A DNA stretch of 64,000 nt from the human T2T-CHM13v2.0 reference genome, Homo sapiens, in assembly GCF_009914755.1 (NCBI RefSeq), contig NC_060937.1, one strand, 5' to 3'. The position numbers and the translations under genes are program-made. The notes under the pieces were generated by a model. It saw nothing but the letters and a program-made list of their open reading frames with translations, was not told where the DNA came from and ran no database searches. This document shows positions 14,113 to 26,526 of this stretch, one piece after another (the stretch's first letter is position 1; each line of letters starts with the position of its first letter).

Positions 14113-14247
14113 TTAACAAATGGCAAACCAGGAGATTATATCTGCACTTGGCTTGGGGGGTCCCGGTCCCACGAATCCTTGCTCACTTCTAGCACAGCAG
14201 TCCAAGGTCGAACTCTGCACCAAGGCTGGGGGAGGGGCGTCTACCAT
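14113..14247 (-). pseudogene. L1 ORF0 homolog (antisense 5'UTR ORF), truncated to 44 aa
   Basis: ATG at 14247 gives MVDAPPPALVQSSTLDCCARSEQGFVGPGPPKP..., homologous to ORF0 MAGAPPPASLPPCSLISDCCASNQRDSVGVGPSEP. Confidence 0.75.
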
Positions 14248-14851
14248 TGCTGAGGCTTGACTAGGTAAATAAAGCTGCCAGGAAGCTCGAACTGGGTGGA
14301 GCCCACTGCAGCTCAATGGGGCCTGCCTGCCTCTGTAGACTCCACCTCTGGGAGCAGGGCACAGCTGAACAAAAGGCAGCAGAAAGCAGAAACTTCTGCA
14401 GACTTAAACGTCCCTATCTGACAGCTCTGAAGAGAGCAGTGGTTCTCCCAGCATGGAGTTTGAGCTCTGAGAATGGACAGGCTGCCTCTTCAAGTGGGTC
14501 CCCGACCCCGAGTAGCCTAACTGGGAGACACCTCCAGTAGGGGCCAGCTGATGCCTTACACAGCCAGGTGCCCTTCTGAGATGAAGCTTCTAGAGGAAGG
14601 ATCAGGCAGCAATATTTGCTGTTCTGCAATATTTGCTGTTCTGCAGCCTCCACTGGTGATACCCAGGCAAACAGGTCTGGAGTGGACCTCCAGCAAACTC
14701 CAAAAGACCTGCAGCTGAGGTTCCTGACTGTTAGAAGGAAAAGTAACAAACAGAAAGGAATAGCATCAACATAAACAAAAACGACATCCACACCAAAACC
14801 CTATCTGTAGGTCACCAACATCAAAGACCAAAAGTAGATAAAACCACAAAG

Positions 14852-15872
14852 ACGGAGAGAAGTCAGAGCAGAAAAGCTGAAAATTCTAAAAACCAGAGCG
14901 CCTCTTCTCTTCCAAAGGATCGCAGCTCCTTGCCAGCAACGGAACAAAGCTGGACTGAGAAGGACTTTGACAAGTTCACAGCAGTAGGCTTCAGAAGGTC
15001 GGTAATAACAAACATCTCCGAGCTAAAGGAGGATGTTCGAACCCATCGCAAGGAAGCTAAAAACCTTGAAAAAAGATTAGATGAATGGCTAACTAGAACA
15101 AACAGCATAGAGAAGACCTTAAATGACCTGATGGAACTGAAAACCATGGCACTAGAACTACGTGACACATGCACAAGCTTCAGTAGCCGATTCGATCAAG
15201 TGGAAGAAAGGGTACCAGTGATTGAAGATGAAATGAATGAAATGAAGTGAGAAGTTTAGAGAAAAAAGAATAAAAAGAAATGAACAAGGCCTCCAAGAAA
15301 TATGGGACTATGTGAAAAGACCAAATCTATGTTTGATTGGTGTACCTCAAAGTGACAGGGAGAATGGAACCAAGTTAGAAAACACTCTTCAGGATATTAT
15401 CCAGGAGAACTTCCCCAGCTGTGGAAGGCAGGCCAACATTCAAATTCAGGAAATACAGAGAACACCACAAAGATACTCCTTGAGGAGAACAACCCCAAGA
15501 CACATAATCTTCAGATTCACCAAGGTTGAAATGAAGGAAAAAGTGTTAAGGGCAGCCAGAGAGAAAGGTCAAGTTACCCACAAAGGGAAGCCCATTAGAC
15601 TAACAGTGGATCTCTTGGGAGAAACCCTACATGCCAGAAGGGAGTGGGGGCCAATATTCAACATTCTTAAAGGAAAGAATTTTCAACCCAGAATTTCATA
15701 TACAGCCAAACTAAGCTTCATAAGTGAAGGAGAAATAAAATCCCTTACAGACAAGCAAATGCTGAGAGATTTTGTCACCACCATGTCTGCCCTAGAAGAG
15801 GTCCTGAAGGAAGCACTAAACATGGAAAGGAACAACCGGTACCAGCCACTGCAAAAACATGCCAAATTGTAA
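14852..15872 (+). pseudogene. L1 ORF1p, disrupted
   Basis: Start codon is ACG at 14852; premature TGA at 15248-15250 followed by a frameshift; C-terminus ...RYQPLQKHAKL* is intact. Confidence 0.93.
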
Positions 15873-15935
15873 AGATCATCAATGCTAGGAAAAAACTGCA
15901 TCAACTAACGAGCAAAATAACCAGCTAACATCATA

Positions 15936-18900
15936 ATGACAGGATCAAATTCACACATAACAATATTAACCTTAAGTGTAAATGGGCTAAATGCCCCAGT
16001 GGAAAGGCACAGACTGGCAAATTGGATAAAGAGTCAAGACCCATCAGTGTGCTATATTCAGGAGACCCATCCCATGTGCAGAGACACACATAGGCTAAAA
16101 ATAAAGGGATGGAGGAAGATCTACCAAGCAAATGGAAAACAAAAATAAGCAGGGGTTGTAATCCTACTCTGTTATAAAACAGACTTTAAACCAACAAAGA
16201 TCAAAAGAGACAAAGTAGGCCATTACATAATAGTAAAGGGATAAATTCAACAAGAAGAGCTAACTATCCTAAATATATATGCACACAATACAGGAGCACC
16301 CAGATTCATAGAACAAGTCCTTGGAGACCTAAAAAGAGACTTAAACTCCCACAAAATAATAATGGGAGATTTTAACACCCCACTGTCAACATTAGACAGG
16401 TCAACGAGACAGAAAGTTAACAAGGATATCCAGGACTTGAACTCAGCTTTGCACCAAGCAGACCTAACAGACATCTACAGAACTTGCCACCCCAAGTCAA
16501 CAGAATATACATTCTTCTCAGCACCGCATCACACTTATTCCAAAATTGACCATAAAGTTGGAAGTAAAGCACTCCTCAGCAAATGTAAAATGTAAAAGAA
16601 AAGGAATCACAACAAACTGTTTCTCAGACCACAGTGCAGTCAAACTAGAACTCAGGATTAAGAAACTCACTCAAAACTGCACAACTACATGGAAACCGAA
16701 CAACCTGCTCCAGAATGACTACTGGGTAAATAAAGAAATAAAGGCAGAAATAAAGATGTTCTTTGAAACCAATGAGAACAAAGATACAACATAACATTAT
16801 CTCTGGGACACATTTAAAAGAATGTGTAGAGGGAAATTTATAGCACTAAATGCCCACAAGAGAAAGCAGGAAAGATCTAAAATCGATACCCTAGCATCAC
16901 AATTAAAAGAACTAGAGAAGCAAGAGCAAACAAATTCAAAAACTAGCAGAAGGCAAGAAATAATTAAGATCAGAGCAGAACTGAAGGAGATAGAGACATA
17001 AAAAACCCTTCAAAAAAATCAAAGAATCCAGGAGCTGGTGTTTTGAAAAGATAATCAAAATAGAGAGACCGCTAGCAAGACTAATAAAGAAGAGAAGAGA
17101 GAAGATTCAAATAGAAGCGTTAAAAAACGATAAGGGGAATGTCACCACCGATCCCACAGAAATACAAACTACCATCAGAGAATACTATAAACACCTCTAT
17201 GCGAATAAACTAGAAAATCTAGAAAAAATGGACAAATTCCTGGACACATACACCCCCCCAAGACTAAACCAGGAAGAAGTTGAATCCCTGAATACACCAA
17301 TAACAGGCTCTGAAATTGAGGCAATAATTAATAGCCTACCAACCAAAAAAAGTCCAGGACCAGACAGATTCACAGCCGAATTCTACCAGAGGTACAAAGA
17401 GGAGCTGGTACCATTCCTTCGGAAACTATGCCAATCAATAGAAAAAGAGGGAATCCTCCCTAACTGATTTTATGAGGCCAGCATCATCCTGATACCAAAG
17501 CCTGGCAGAGACACAACAAAAAAAGAGAATTTTAGACTAACATCCCTGATGAACAATGATGCGAAACTCCTCAATAAAATACTGGCAAACCAATTCCAGC
17601 AGCACATCAAAAAGCTTATCCACCATGATCAAGTTGGCTTCATCCTAGGGATGCAAGGCTGGTTCAACATACTTAAATCAGTAAATATAATCCATCACAT
17701 AAACAGAACCAAAGACAAAAACCACACGATTATCTTAATAGATGCAGAAAAGCCCTTTGACAAAATTCAAGACTCCTTCATGGTAAAAATTCTCAATAAA
17801 CCAGATATTGATGGGACGTATCTCAAAATAATAAGAGCTATTTATGACAAACCCACAGCCAATATCATACTGAATGGCAAAAAACTGGAAGCATTCCCTT
17901 TGAAAACTGGCACAAGACAGGGATTCCCTCTGTCACCACTCTTATTCAACCTAGTGCTGGAAGTTCTGGCCAGGGCAATCAGGCAGGAGAAAGAAATAAA
18001 GGTATTCAATTAGGAAAACAAGTCAAATTGTCCCTGTTTGCAGATGACATGATTGTATACTGAGAAAATCTCATCGTCTCAGCTCGAAATCTCCTTAAGC
18101 AATTTCAGCAAAGTCTCAGGATACAAAATCAATGTGAAAAATCACAAGCATTCCTATAGACCAATAACAGAAAAACAGAGAGCCAAATCATGAGTGAACT
18201 CCCATTCACAATTGCTACAAAGAGAATAAAATACCTAGGAATCCAACTTACAGGGGATGTGAAGTACCTCTTCAAGGAGAACTACAAACCACTGCTCAAT
18301 GAAATAAAAGAAGACACAAACAAATGGAAGCACATTCCAGGCTCATGGATAGGAAGAATCAATACTGTGAAAATGGCCATACTGCCCAAGGTAATTTATA
18401 GATTTCATGCCATCCCCATCAAGCTACCAATGACTTTCTTCACAGAATTGGAAAAAAATAAAACTACTTTAAAGTTCATATGGAACCAAAAAAGAGCCCG
18501 CATTAACAAGACAATCCTAAGCAAAAAGAACAAAGCTGGAGTCGTTATGCTACCTGACTTCAAACTATACTACAAGGCTACAGTAACCAAAACAGCATGG
18601 TACTGGTACCAAAACAGAGATATATACCAATGGAACAGAACAGAGCCCTCAGAAATAATACCACATGTCTACAACCCCCTGATCTTTGACAAACCTGACA
18701 AAAGCAAGAAATGTGGAAAGGATTTCCTATTTAATAAATGGTGACTGGAACACTGCTAGCCTTATGTAGAAAGCTGAAACTGGATCCCTTCCTTACACCT
18801 TATACAAAAATGAATTCAAGATGGATTAAAAACTTAAATGTTAGAACTAAAACCATAAAAACCCTAGAAGAAAACCTAGGCAATACCATTCAGGACATAG

Positions 18901-19763
18901 GCATGGGCAAGGACTTCATGACTAAAACACCAAAAGCAATGGCAACAAAAGCCAAAATAGACAAATGGGATCTAATTAAACTAAAGAGCTTCTGCATAGC
19001 AAAAGAAACTACCATCAGAGTGAACAGGCAACCTACAGAATGGGATAAAACTTTTGCAATCTACCCATCTCACAAAGGGCTAATATCCAGAATCTACAGA
19101 GAACTTAAACAAATTTACAAGAAAAAATCAAACAACCCCATGAACAAGTGGGTGAAGGATATAAACAGACACTTTTCAAAAGAAGACATTTATGCAGCCA
19201 ACAGACACATGAAAAAATGCTCATCATCACTCATCATCAGAGAAATACAAATCAAAACCACAATGAGATATCATCTTACACCAGTTAGGATGGTGATCCT
19301 TAAAAAGTCAGGAAACAACAGGTGCTGGAGAAGATGTGGAGAAATAGGAACACTTTTACACTGTTGGTGGGACTGTAAACTAGCTCAACCATTGTGGAAG
19401 ACAGTGTGGCGATTCCTCAAGGATCTAGAACTAGAAATACCATTTGACCCAGTGATCCCATTACTGGGTATATACACAAAGGATTATAAATCATGCAACT
19501 ATAAAGACACATGCACACGTATGTTTATTGCAGCACTAGTCACAACAGCAAAGACTTGAAACTAACGCAAATGTCCGTCAGTGATAGACTGGATTAAGAA
19601 AATGTGGCACATATACACCATGGAATACTATGCAGCCATGAAAAAGGATGAGTTCATGTCCTTTGTAGGGACATGGATGAAGCTGGAAACCATCATTCTG
19701 AGTATACTTTTGCAAGGACAGAATACCAAACACCTCATGTTCTCACTCATAGGTGGGAATTGA
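15936..19763 (+). pseudogene. L1 ORF2p (endonuclease/reverse transcriptase), multiply disrupted
   Basis: MTGSNSHITILTL start, [36 protein letters not shown] (FADDM), ...SLIGGN* end; broken into about 9 ORF pieces by stops and frameshifts. Confidence 0.95.
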
Positions 19764-20854
19764 ACAATGAGAACACTTGGACACAGGGTGGGGAACATCA
19801 CACACTGGGCCCTGTCGTGTGGTGGGGGGAAGGGGGAGGGATAGCATTAGGATAAATACCTAATGTAAATGACGAGCTAATGGGTGCAGCACACCAACAT
19901 GGCACATGTATACTGTGTAACAAACCTGCACATTTTGCACATATAACCTAGAACTTAAAGTATAATAAAAAAAATCTGAAAGAAAAAGGTCCTCAAATTA
20001 GGAAAGAAGAATATAATTCAAGGGATAATTCCTAGTAAGTATGAATGAGAGTCATCTTTCTTATTTAAAATAGAAAACTGCTAATAAATCCACTTTCCTA
20101 ACTCATTATTTTAACTAAATGAAATATTTGACAATTTTTCCCCATCACGTTGTTTAAGGAATAATGTTTTCCCTGTGAAATTTTCATTTATTTATCTTAA
20201 TAAATTATTATTTTATCATTAGGAAGCGTGCAGAAAACTTAAACAATGAAACAATAAGATTCATATGACCAGTAGTGAATCATAAGACTATTTTTGAGGT
20301 CAGAAAATAGTCAATACTACCCAAAAGTTGATTTTCTTTATCTGGGTTTAACATATACTCAAATTTGCCTGGGGTCCAGAATGCTTAAATAAGGAATTCT
20401 TCTTTACATAGGTATTAATCTACACAAATGAAATGTCAGCTGTTATTGCATGCTTTTTGCTTTAAATTGCTTATTACATGCTAATCTCCATAAGCAATTA
20501 TGGACCAATCCTTTATTCAATAAGCAGATGTTTATTAGTAATTTCATGTGCAAGTCACTTTACTAAGTCTTTTGCAAGATTCATAAAGATGTAAAATTAA
20601 ATAGGAATAGCAGTTTTAGGTCCATTTACTTTTGAGCCAAGCATTGTAGAAAGCAATTATGAATTGTTAAAAGGGGATTACATACAATAAGCAGAAGCAG
20701 AAAAAAAGTAAAGAGAAAGATATTTAAAAGAAAAACAATCCACTTTATTTTAGCATAACGTATTTATATTTAAAATAGTGAAGAATATGTTAAAAATGAC
20801 AGTTTTCTGGTAAAACAGCTTGAATGAGAACTTGAATGACAATTAAAATAGCAT

Positions 20855-21130
20855 TAAGGCAATTAATGAGCATTTACTGTATGTCAGATATGTTGCTAGA
20901 TACTTTTGATTAGAGATGGTGAATAATATATGTTAACTAAACAGAACCATGATCTAATGAAAGAGAGATACTCATAAACAAACAACTTTAACATGAAGTG
21001 ACATGTATCTTAATAAAGTTATTTATAAATAGAGAACACAATTTGATCTTGGAGCTTCAAAATGATATGTTAACAATTTAATATTTAAAGTGGGCCTTTA
21101 GGTATGAGTACAAGAATGAAAGGAAGTTGA
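20855..21130 (-). mobile_element. L2 relic
   Basis: AATTAATGAGCATTTACTGTATGTCAGATATGTTGCTAGATACT is the antisense L2 3' end. Confidence 0.5.
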
Positions 21131-24100
21131 AATATGATATAAAGTTAGAAACTGGGGTGTGGTGAATGTTTTAAATGTATAGTAAAAAATTGAATAAATA
21201 TTTCATACATCTGGAAGTGTATTGGTTGAAAGAGGTGAATTTTAGCTTACATAATTATCCTATATATTTTCGGTATGCTTTAATTCTGAAACATGTTACT
21301 TTTGGTGGAGTTACAGCTAATATTTTGTTACCAAGTCATATCAACTTTTAACACATACAGAATCCACTGGACTCTTTGTCAATACTCAGAGTCTCCATTC
21401 TTGTGTATAAACTAGAACAGCTATTCTGATTTTAGCAAAGGGATAAAATACTCAGCCAAACTTTGAATGAGAAACGACATTTAGTTTGGGTGAGCACATG
21501 AATAAGACCTTTTCATTTAGCTGGAATCACTTTGCAGTTTAAGATAAAATAAAAGGTCAGCAACAAAGGGCACATATGGAATCCTTCATGCAGACACCAC
21601 CCAAGTAATCACAGAAATAGAAAAAGAAAAATGTGGGGGCCAGTTTGCATCCTGCAGCAACAGGAATGTGTACATTTCCATGACCTCTACTTTCACAACC
21701 AACTTCTAGTGTAATTATGAAACCAATTTGTCTTTGGAATTCTTACATTTAATTTCTTCTATTATTTGAGGTAGCACATTTTCTATTTCCAAATATTTCC
21801 CATTCTCATTGTTAACCCTCCACTGAACATTTTTCATGACTCTTTATTCTTTAGATGTCTCATTTTTACGTACCCTTCAGATCATTAAACAGCTACCCTC
21901 TCAATTAGGGCTAAGGATAGACCTGCTAGTCTCTCTCTCTTATCTCTAAGTTTTCAGTTTGTGATACAATTAACTAGAAAGAACATTTCTGCTTTTAAAG
22001 GAGCATTTCTTTGAAGTGAGGCATGATAAATATTTTTGACATACTCTTAGGAAAATAAGCTGCTTTTCTGTATCAGTAGCTTTCATCAAATTGAATTAGT
22101 GCTGTATTGCATTAGTTCTCTTTCCCACTATTATAACATGTGAGTTCTTAATAAGACAATTTTGTTCTGTATTAGGCAAATTTAATATTCATGCATTATG
22201 AAGAAACATTGCTAATATGATAGAAAACTGCTAGGAAAAGCAAACGATTTCATTAAAACTTAAATAAAGCTCACTTTACATTTTCTCCCTCCTTGAATAC
22301 CTGTCTATACTAATCAGCTGGTAGAAAAGGCAGATGAGGCCCTAGAGACCAGGCGATACATAATCCTCATTCTCAGCACAATCTGATGTCACCTTTTGGA
22401 CTCAAAATCATTCTCCTGGATTGTAGTTGGAATTTTTAAGTGCAGAATATTTAGGATGTTTTAATTTAAAATGATCATGACTTGCTCTACTTTGTCCTGG
22501 CCTTGCTAATTGATGTCTATCATAACTGCAGGAAGAAGACATTTGTGAGCAGTGCAATAACTCGCTGAATCTTCATAAACTCTGAGTCAATAAAATAATG
22601 ACACAAATTTCACATTCTTTTAATGCGGCATCTGCTTCATCAGTTGAAATAATTACAACCCTTGCTTTGAAGAAGTCTTAATGACACAGACCAAATCTTA
22701 ATAGATAAGTAACTAAGATGAACACACTGTTCCTTTTCATGCATAAAAATAACACTATTTTAATTGGAACTGAATTAGAGTGTATGTTGGATTTTGCAGA
22801 TCCTCAAATACTTTATTTAATTTGGACTTAATAAAATTACACAATTCTAAAAATGAAAAAAATAAGGCAAAATTATTAGAAAACCAAAATGAGTAAGTAC
22901 ATTAATTTGTTCCAGATTTAAATATAGAAAATCAAAGATTAAATCATCTTTCTATCCAAAATATTTTGAAGGTTACTTACTCAGTGTGATTCAGCTACTG
23001 CACAGTCAAAATGCAGAAAAATAAATCAAATGTAAATTCTAGTTGCTATCTACCACAGAGACAGATATTAAGACAAAAATGCAGCTGGGAATACATCCAA
23101 AGGGCAATTGGTCATTTGTCTGTTGGAGTATAGAAAACTTTCAGTAGAGAATAAATTAGAAAAAAGCAGAATTGTGCTACATCTGGGAACTGTGCCTAAT
23201 AGTTAGACTTGTGGAAAGTATAAAATCATTAATGCATGGTGCTTTTCCAAAATTTAAAGCTATTCAAATTTATTTCTCAACTATAATTTTGTATAAACAT
23301 ACAGTCATGCTGCCAAGGTTACCAATCAGCAGAGATCAGAGGAAAAGCTCTATGAACTATGTCGTGTTCACAGTGGTTCTGATCATTTTTAGGTCCTTGG
23401 GAACTCATTCAAGATGAGGCTTACAACTTTATAAGACTTGAGCTCTCAGAATAATTCTCCTTTAAACAAAGAAAAAAAAAGAAAAACAAGTCAAATACAT
23501 TAGCATAACATACAGCTTAGAAGTACCGCTGCAAAAGGAACATATTGCTAATTAAGTACTGGTGCCAAATCATTACCAATTACACATATATGACATACTG
23601 ACACTTGTTCATATTTTGATGACCGATCACTCAAATTTTTAAAAAGATTCTGACAGTAATGGAAATTCAGAGAAAACATTTCTATTGCTATGTTATTGCT
23701 ACTTAAGTCTCGCTCCGGACTTTCTTCAGTGAAGGGCATTTAAGCTATTCATGTATTCTAGCCAAGGGTAAAGTTAAGGTGATTGCAGTGAGAAATAGAA
23801 CATTACTACCTAAATATTTTTTAAAGGTTTTCATGTGTTATTTGATTTTTTAGTTTTCACAAGTTATTAATTTAAAATATTCTAGAGTTAAGGCAAATCA
23901 GATATTGTCTATACTCTAAATATTCATACACACAATTTTACTGAAGAACACAGCAAATTAATTCAACATTGATGCATGATATCTAATCTGCTTGCTCTTT
24001 TACTTTCAATGTCCTTATGTGCCTAAAAAAAACCAACGAGGGTTTATAAGCCAAAGAATGCACAAAAATATTTATTTTGAGCTGTAGAAAAATATTCTAA

Positions 24101-25946
24101 ACAAATTACGGAATTAATTGCATTTATCTGTTTTAATGTTGAGATCAACAAAATAAAATTTAATTAAATTTTAGAAATATATCAAATATGGAAAAGAAAT
24201 GATTGTAGAAATAGAAGACAATGAACAGAAGTAACAAATTTAACATTTATAAAACCAGAAACATGGTCGAACATTAGAGTGTTGTGATGTGAAGTTATAA
24301 ATCAGTTGGTTGATAACTATGTAAAAGCAGATAACTCTGTTAAAGCTACATTGCCAGATCTTTTGAAATTTCATTGTTGGGATAAAGTTTGAAGTAAATT
24401 ATACAGTTTATAAAAATAATGAGGTCAGGAGACGAATCTAGCTGGTTATCTTCCTATTATTTGAAGTATGTTGTCTCATTGATTTGGGTAATCACTTTGT
24501 AATATTTTCAGTTCAACCTCTGTAACAGGCATATAGTTTATGCATATATTTTTATTTTTATTATTTATTTGTGGTAAGCTGCTCCAATTATAGCAAACTG
24601 TAGCATCTGTGGTTTCATTTATGGTGCTGAAGGAAAGTGATTACTGTATTATGAGGCGACCATACTCTAGAGTATAACAAAACATGAAATATGACTCAGC
24701 TGAGGACATTCTTATTTTCCAGCGATATAGTTATCTCTGAGGAGCCACATCTTGTAGTTACCAGATGTTCCACAATAACAGTAACTCTGGAGTTGCTTAC
24801 TTGTTATAACAAGAAGATTTTACTACATAGGAAAAGATTGGCATTTTCTCTGCTGGAAGAAAATGAAATTGGCAATATAGAAAGGCAATTTCAACTGAGC
24901 TATGTGGTTTACATTGATTAATCTATCTCATTAGAATATTAGCCAGCCAATCAGAACCCATTTCTATCCATTTTCTAATCTATGCCATATGTCTAGGTTA
25001 TAAAAAAGCATTTTCCTTAATTTCAGCTACTATTGAATCTACAATTACAAAAGAAGCTGACCTTTTCTCTTAACCACCAAAAGTTTGGAAAATAAGTTTT
25101 GTTATTTTACGAAATATTTTTGTTCTGATTTGGAGTACCTAGGAATACAAAAATGAAGACAATTGTGGAAAACCATTTAATTTTTCTGTCTTATTTTCTC
25201 TATCATTTCTTCTTATTCCTTGGTGGAAGTTTGAAATAATATAAGTTGTTCATCAACATCAGTATGGCCTGTTTTATATATAGTCATCATACAAATTTAA
25301 ATTCTTATCACATCAAAAACTATGAGTTAAAGAAATTACTAATCAATTAATCTACAGAGAAAATATGTTATATGATTTATGTAGTAGACACATGTCATAG
25401 ACACAAAACAAAGAATTTTCATATTCCATTACTGTAAAAACTTTGCTTTAGTAAGCTTGTATAGCCACATTTATTGCCTTGGGATAAAATAGGTTAGAAA
25501 AGGCCAGAGAAGACTTTCAATGTGGACATTCAGAGAAGTTTCTCCTACTGTTTGATACATATGTCATGTTCCAGTCATTTTGTAAAGAACACTGGCAATA
25601 TCCAAGCCACAAAGACATATACACATTGATCCATCAAAAATCTTTCCAAATAGATCTCATAAAATAAATAAAACTGAAAATGCATATAATTTATTATAAA
25701 TATGTTTGCCAAGTTTTTTGCTATTCACAAAAACTGGAAAGGAAACAAATGCCCATCAAGAGGGAAATGATTGATGTTTTTTCGTCTCATGGAATATTAC
25801 ATATTTTTTAAAATGAATGGGTTAGAATTATGTGATTTTAGCTAGAGTGATTTGTCCACAATAATTTTTAACAATATTCAGATACATAGAAGTAATACAA
25901 TCATTTTTAAATGCACTAGAGAGATAGACACACATATATATGATTG

Positions 25947-25949
<3 letters not shown>

Positions 25950-26003
<54 letters not shown>
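25950..26003. repeat. (GATA)n tetranucleotide STR, about 13 units with one interruption
   Basis: Direct reading. Confidence 0.95.
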
Positions 26004-26115
26004 CTGTAAAAGCACACACAAAAAAGTGAACAGTTGCTATATGATAGCGGCCAAAGTTAAACCAAGGTGGGAGACAAGCAGGAAGAAACAAATAAAGGTA
26101 AACATTTTTAAAAGG

Positions 26116-26166
<51 letters not shown>
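26116..26166. repeat. (TA)n microsatellite
   Basis: Direct reading. Confidence 0.95.
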
Positions 26167-26171
<5 letters not shown>

Positions 26172-26299
26172 CTTAATAGATCGCCTGAATGCATTTGTTA
26201 CCTCATGACAATAAGTGTCAGGACATATATATGCAGGAGTAAATAAATTGAGTGAAAGAATGCATTATATAATAATTTCTAAATGGAGTTCTTCATTGA

Positions 26300-26526
26300 C
26301 TATGCTGTCTAAAATTATCCTCTTCCACTAGTCTTTCCCAACATCCAGATCTTTTCTTTTACAGCAGCCTTCACAACTTTTATCTGTATTAGATTGTTAT
26401 TTGTCTTTCTCCCTCATTACAGTCTGTGATCCAAAAAGGCAGTGACAGTTTTGTTTAGTCCAGCACCCAGTGCAGATTAATAAACATGATTTCATGAATA
26501 CTGTATGAGTGAGTGAATGAATGAAT
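26300..26526 (+). mobile_element. L2 3'-end relic
   Basis: ...CCAGCACCCAGTGCAG... ending GAGTGAGTGAATGAATGAAT, the typical L2 tail. Confidence 0.55.

Larger units (their letters stand above)
13818..19984 (+). mobile_element. Full-length LINE-1, L1PA6-like (inactivated)
   Basis: 5'UTR CCAAGATGGCC..., ORF1 and ORF2 remnants, 3'UTR with G-rich tract, AATAAA and A tail; 17-bp TSD AAAGATGCTCAAATTAG 13801-13817 / AAAGGTCCTCAAATTAG 19985-20001 (2 mismatches). Confidence 0.95.

Noticed and set aside
14609-14646. GCAATATTTGCTGTTCT tandem duplication in the L1 5'UTR
   Set aside because: As I recall, this is a normal feature of older L1PA 5'UTRs rather than specific to this locus
14930-19763. Long ORFs of 106-273 aa as host genes or an active retroelement
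   Set aside because: All are fragments of L1 ORF1/ORF2 separated by stops and frameshifts
23548-23739. 63-aa minus-strand ORF (MPFTEESPERD...) as a coding exon
   Set aside because: No recognisable homology, and nearby acceptor candidates lead to in-frame stops
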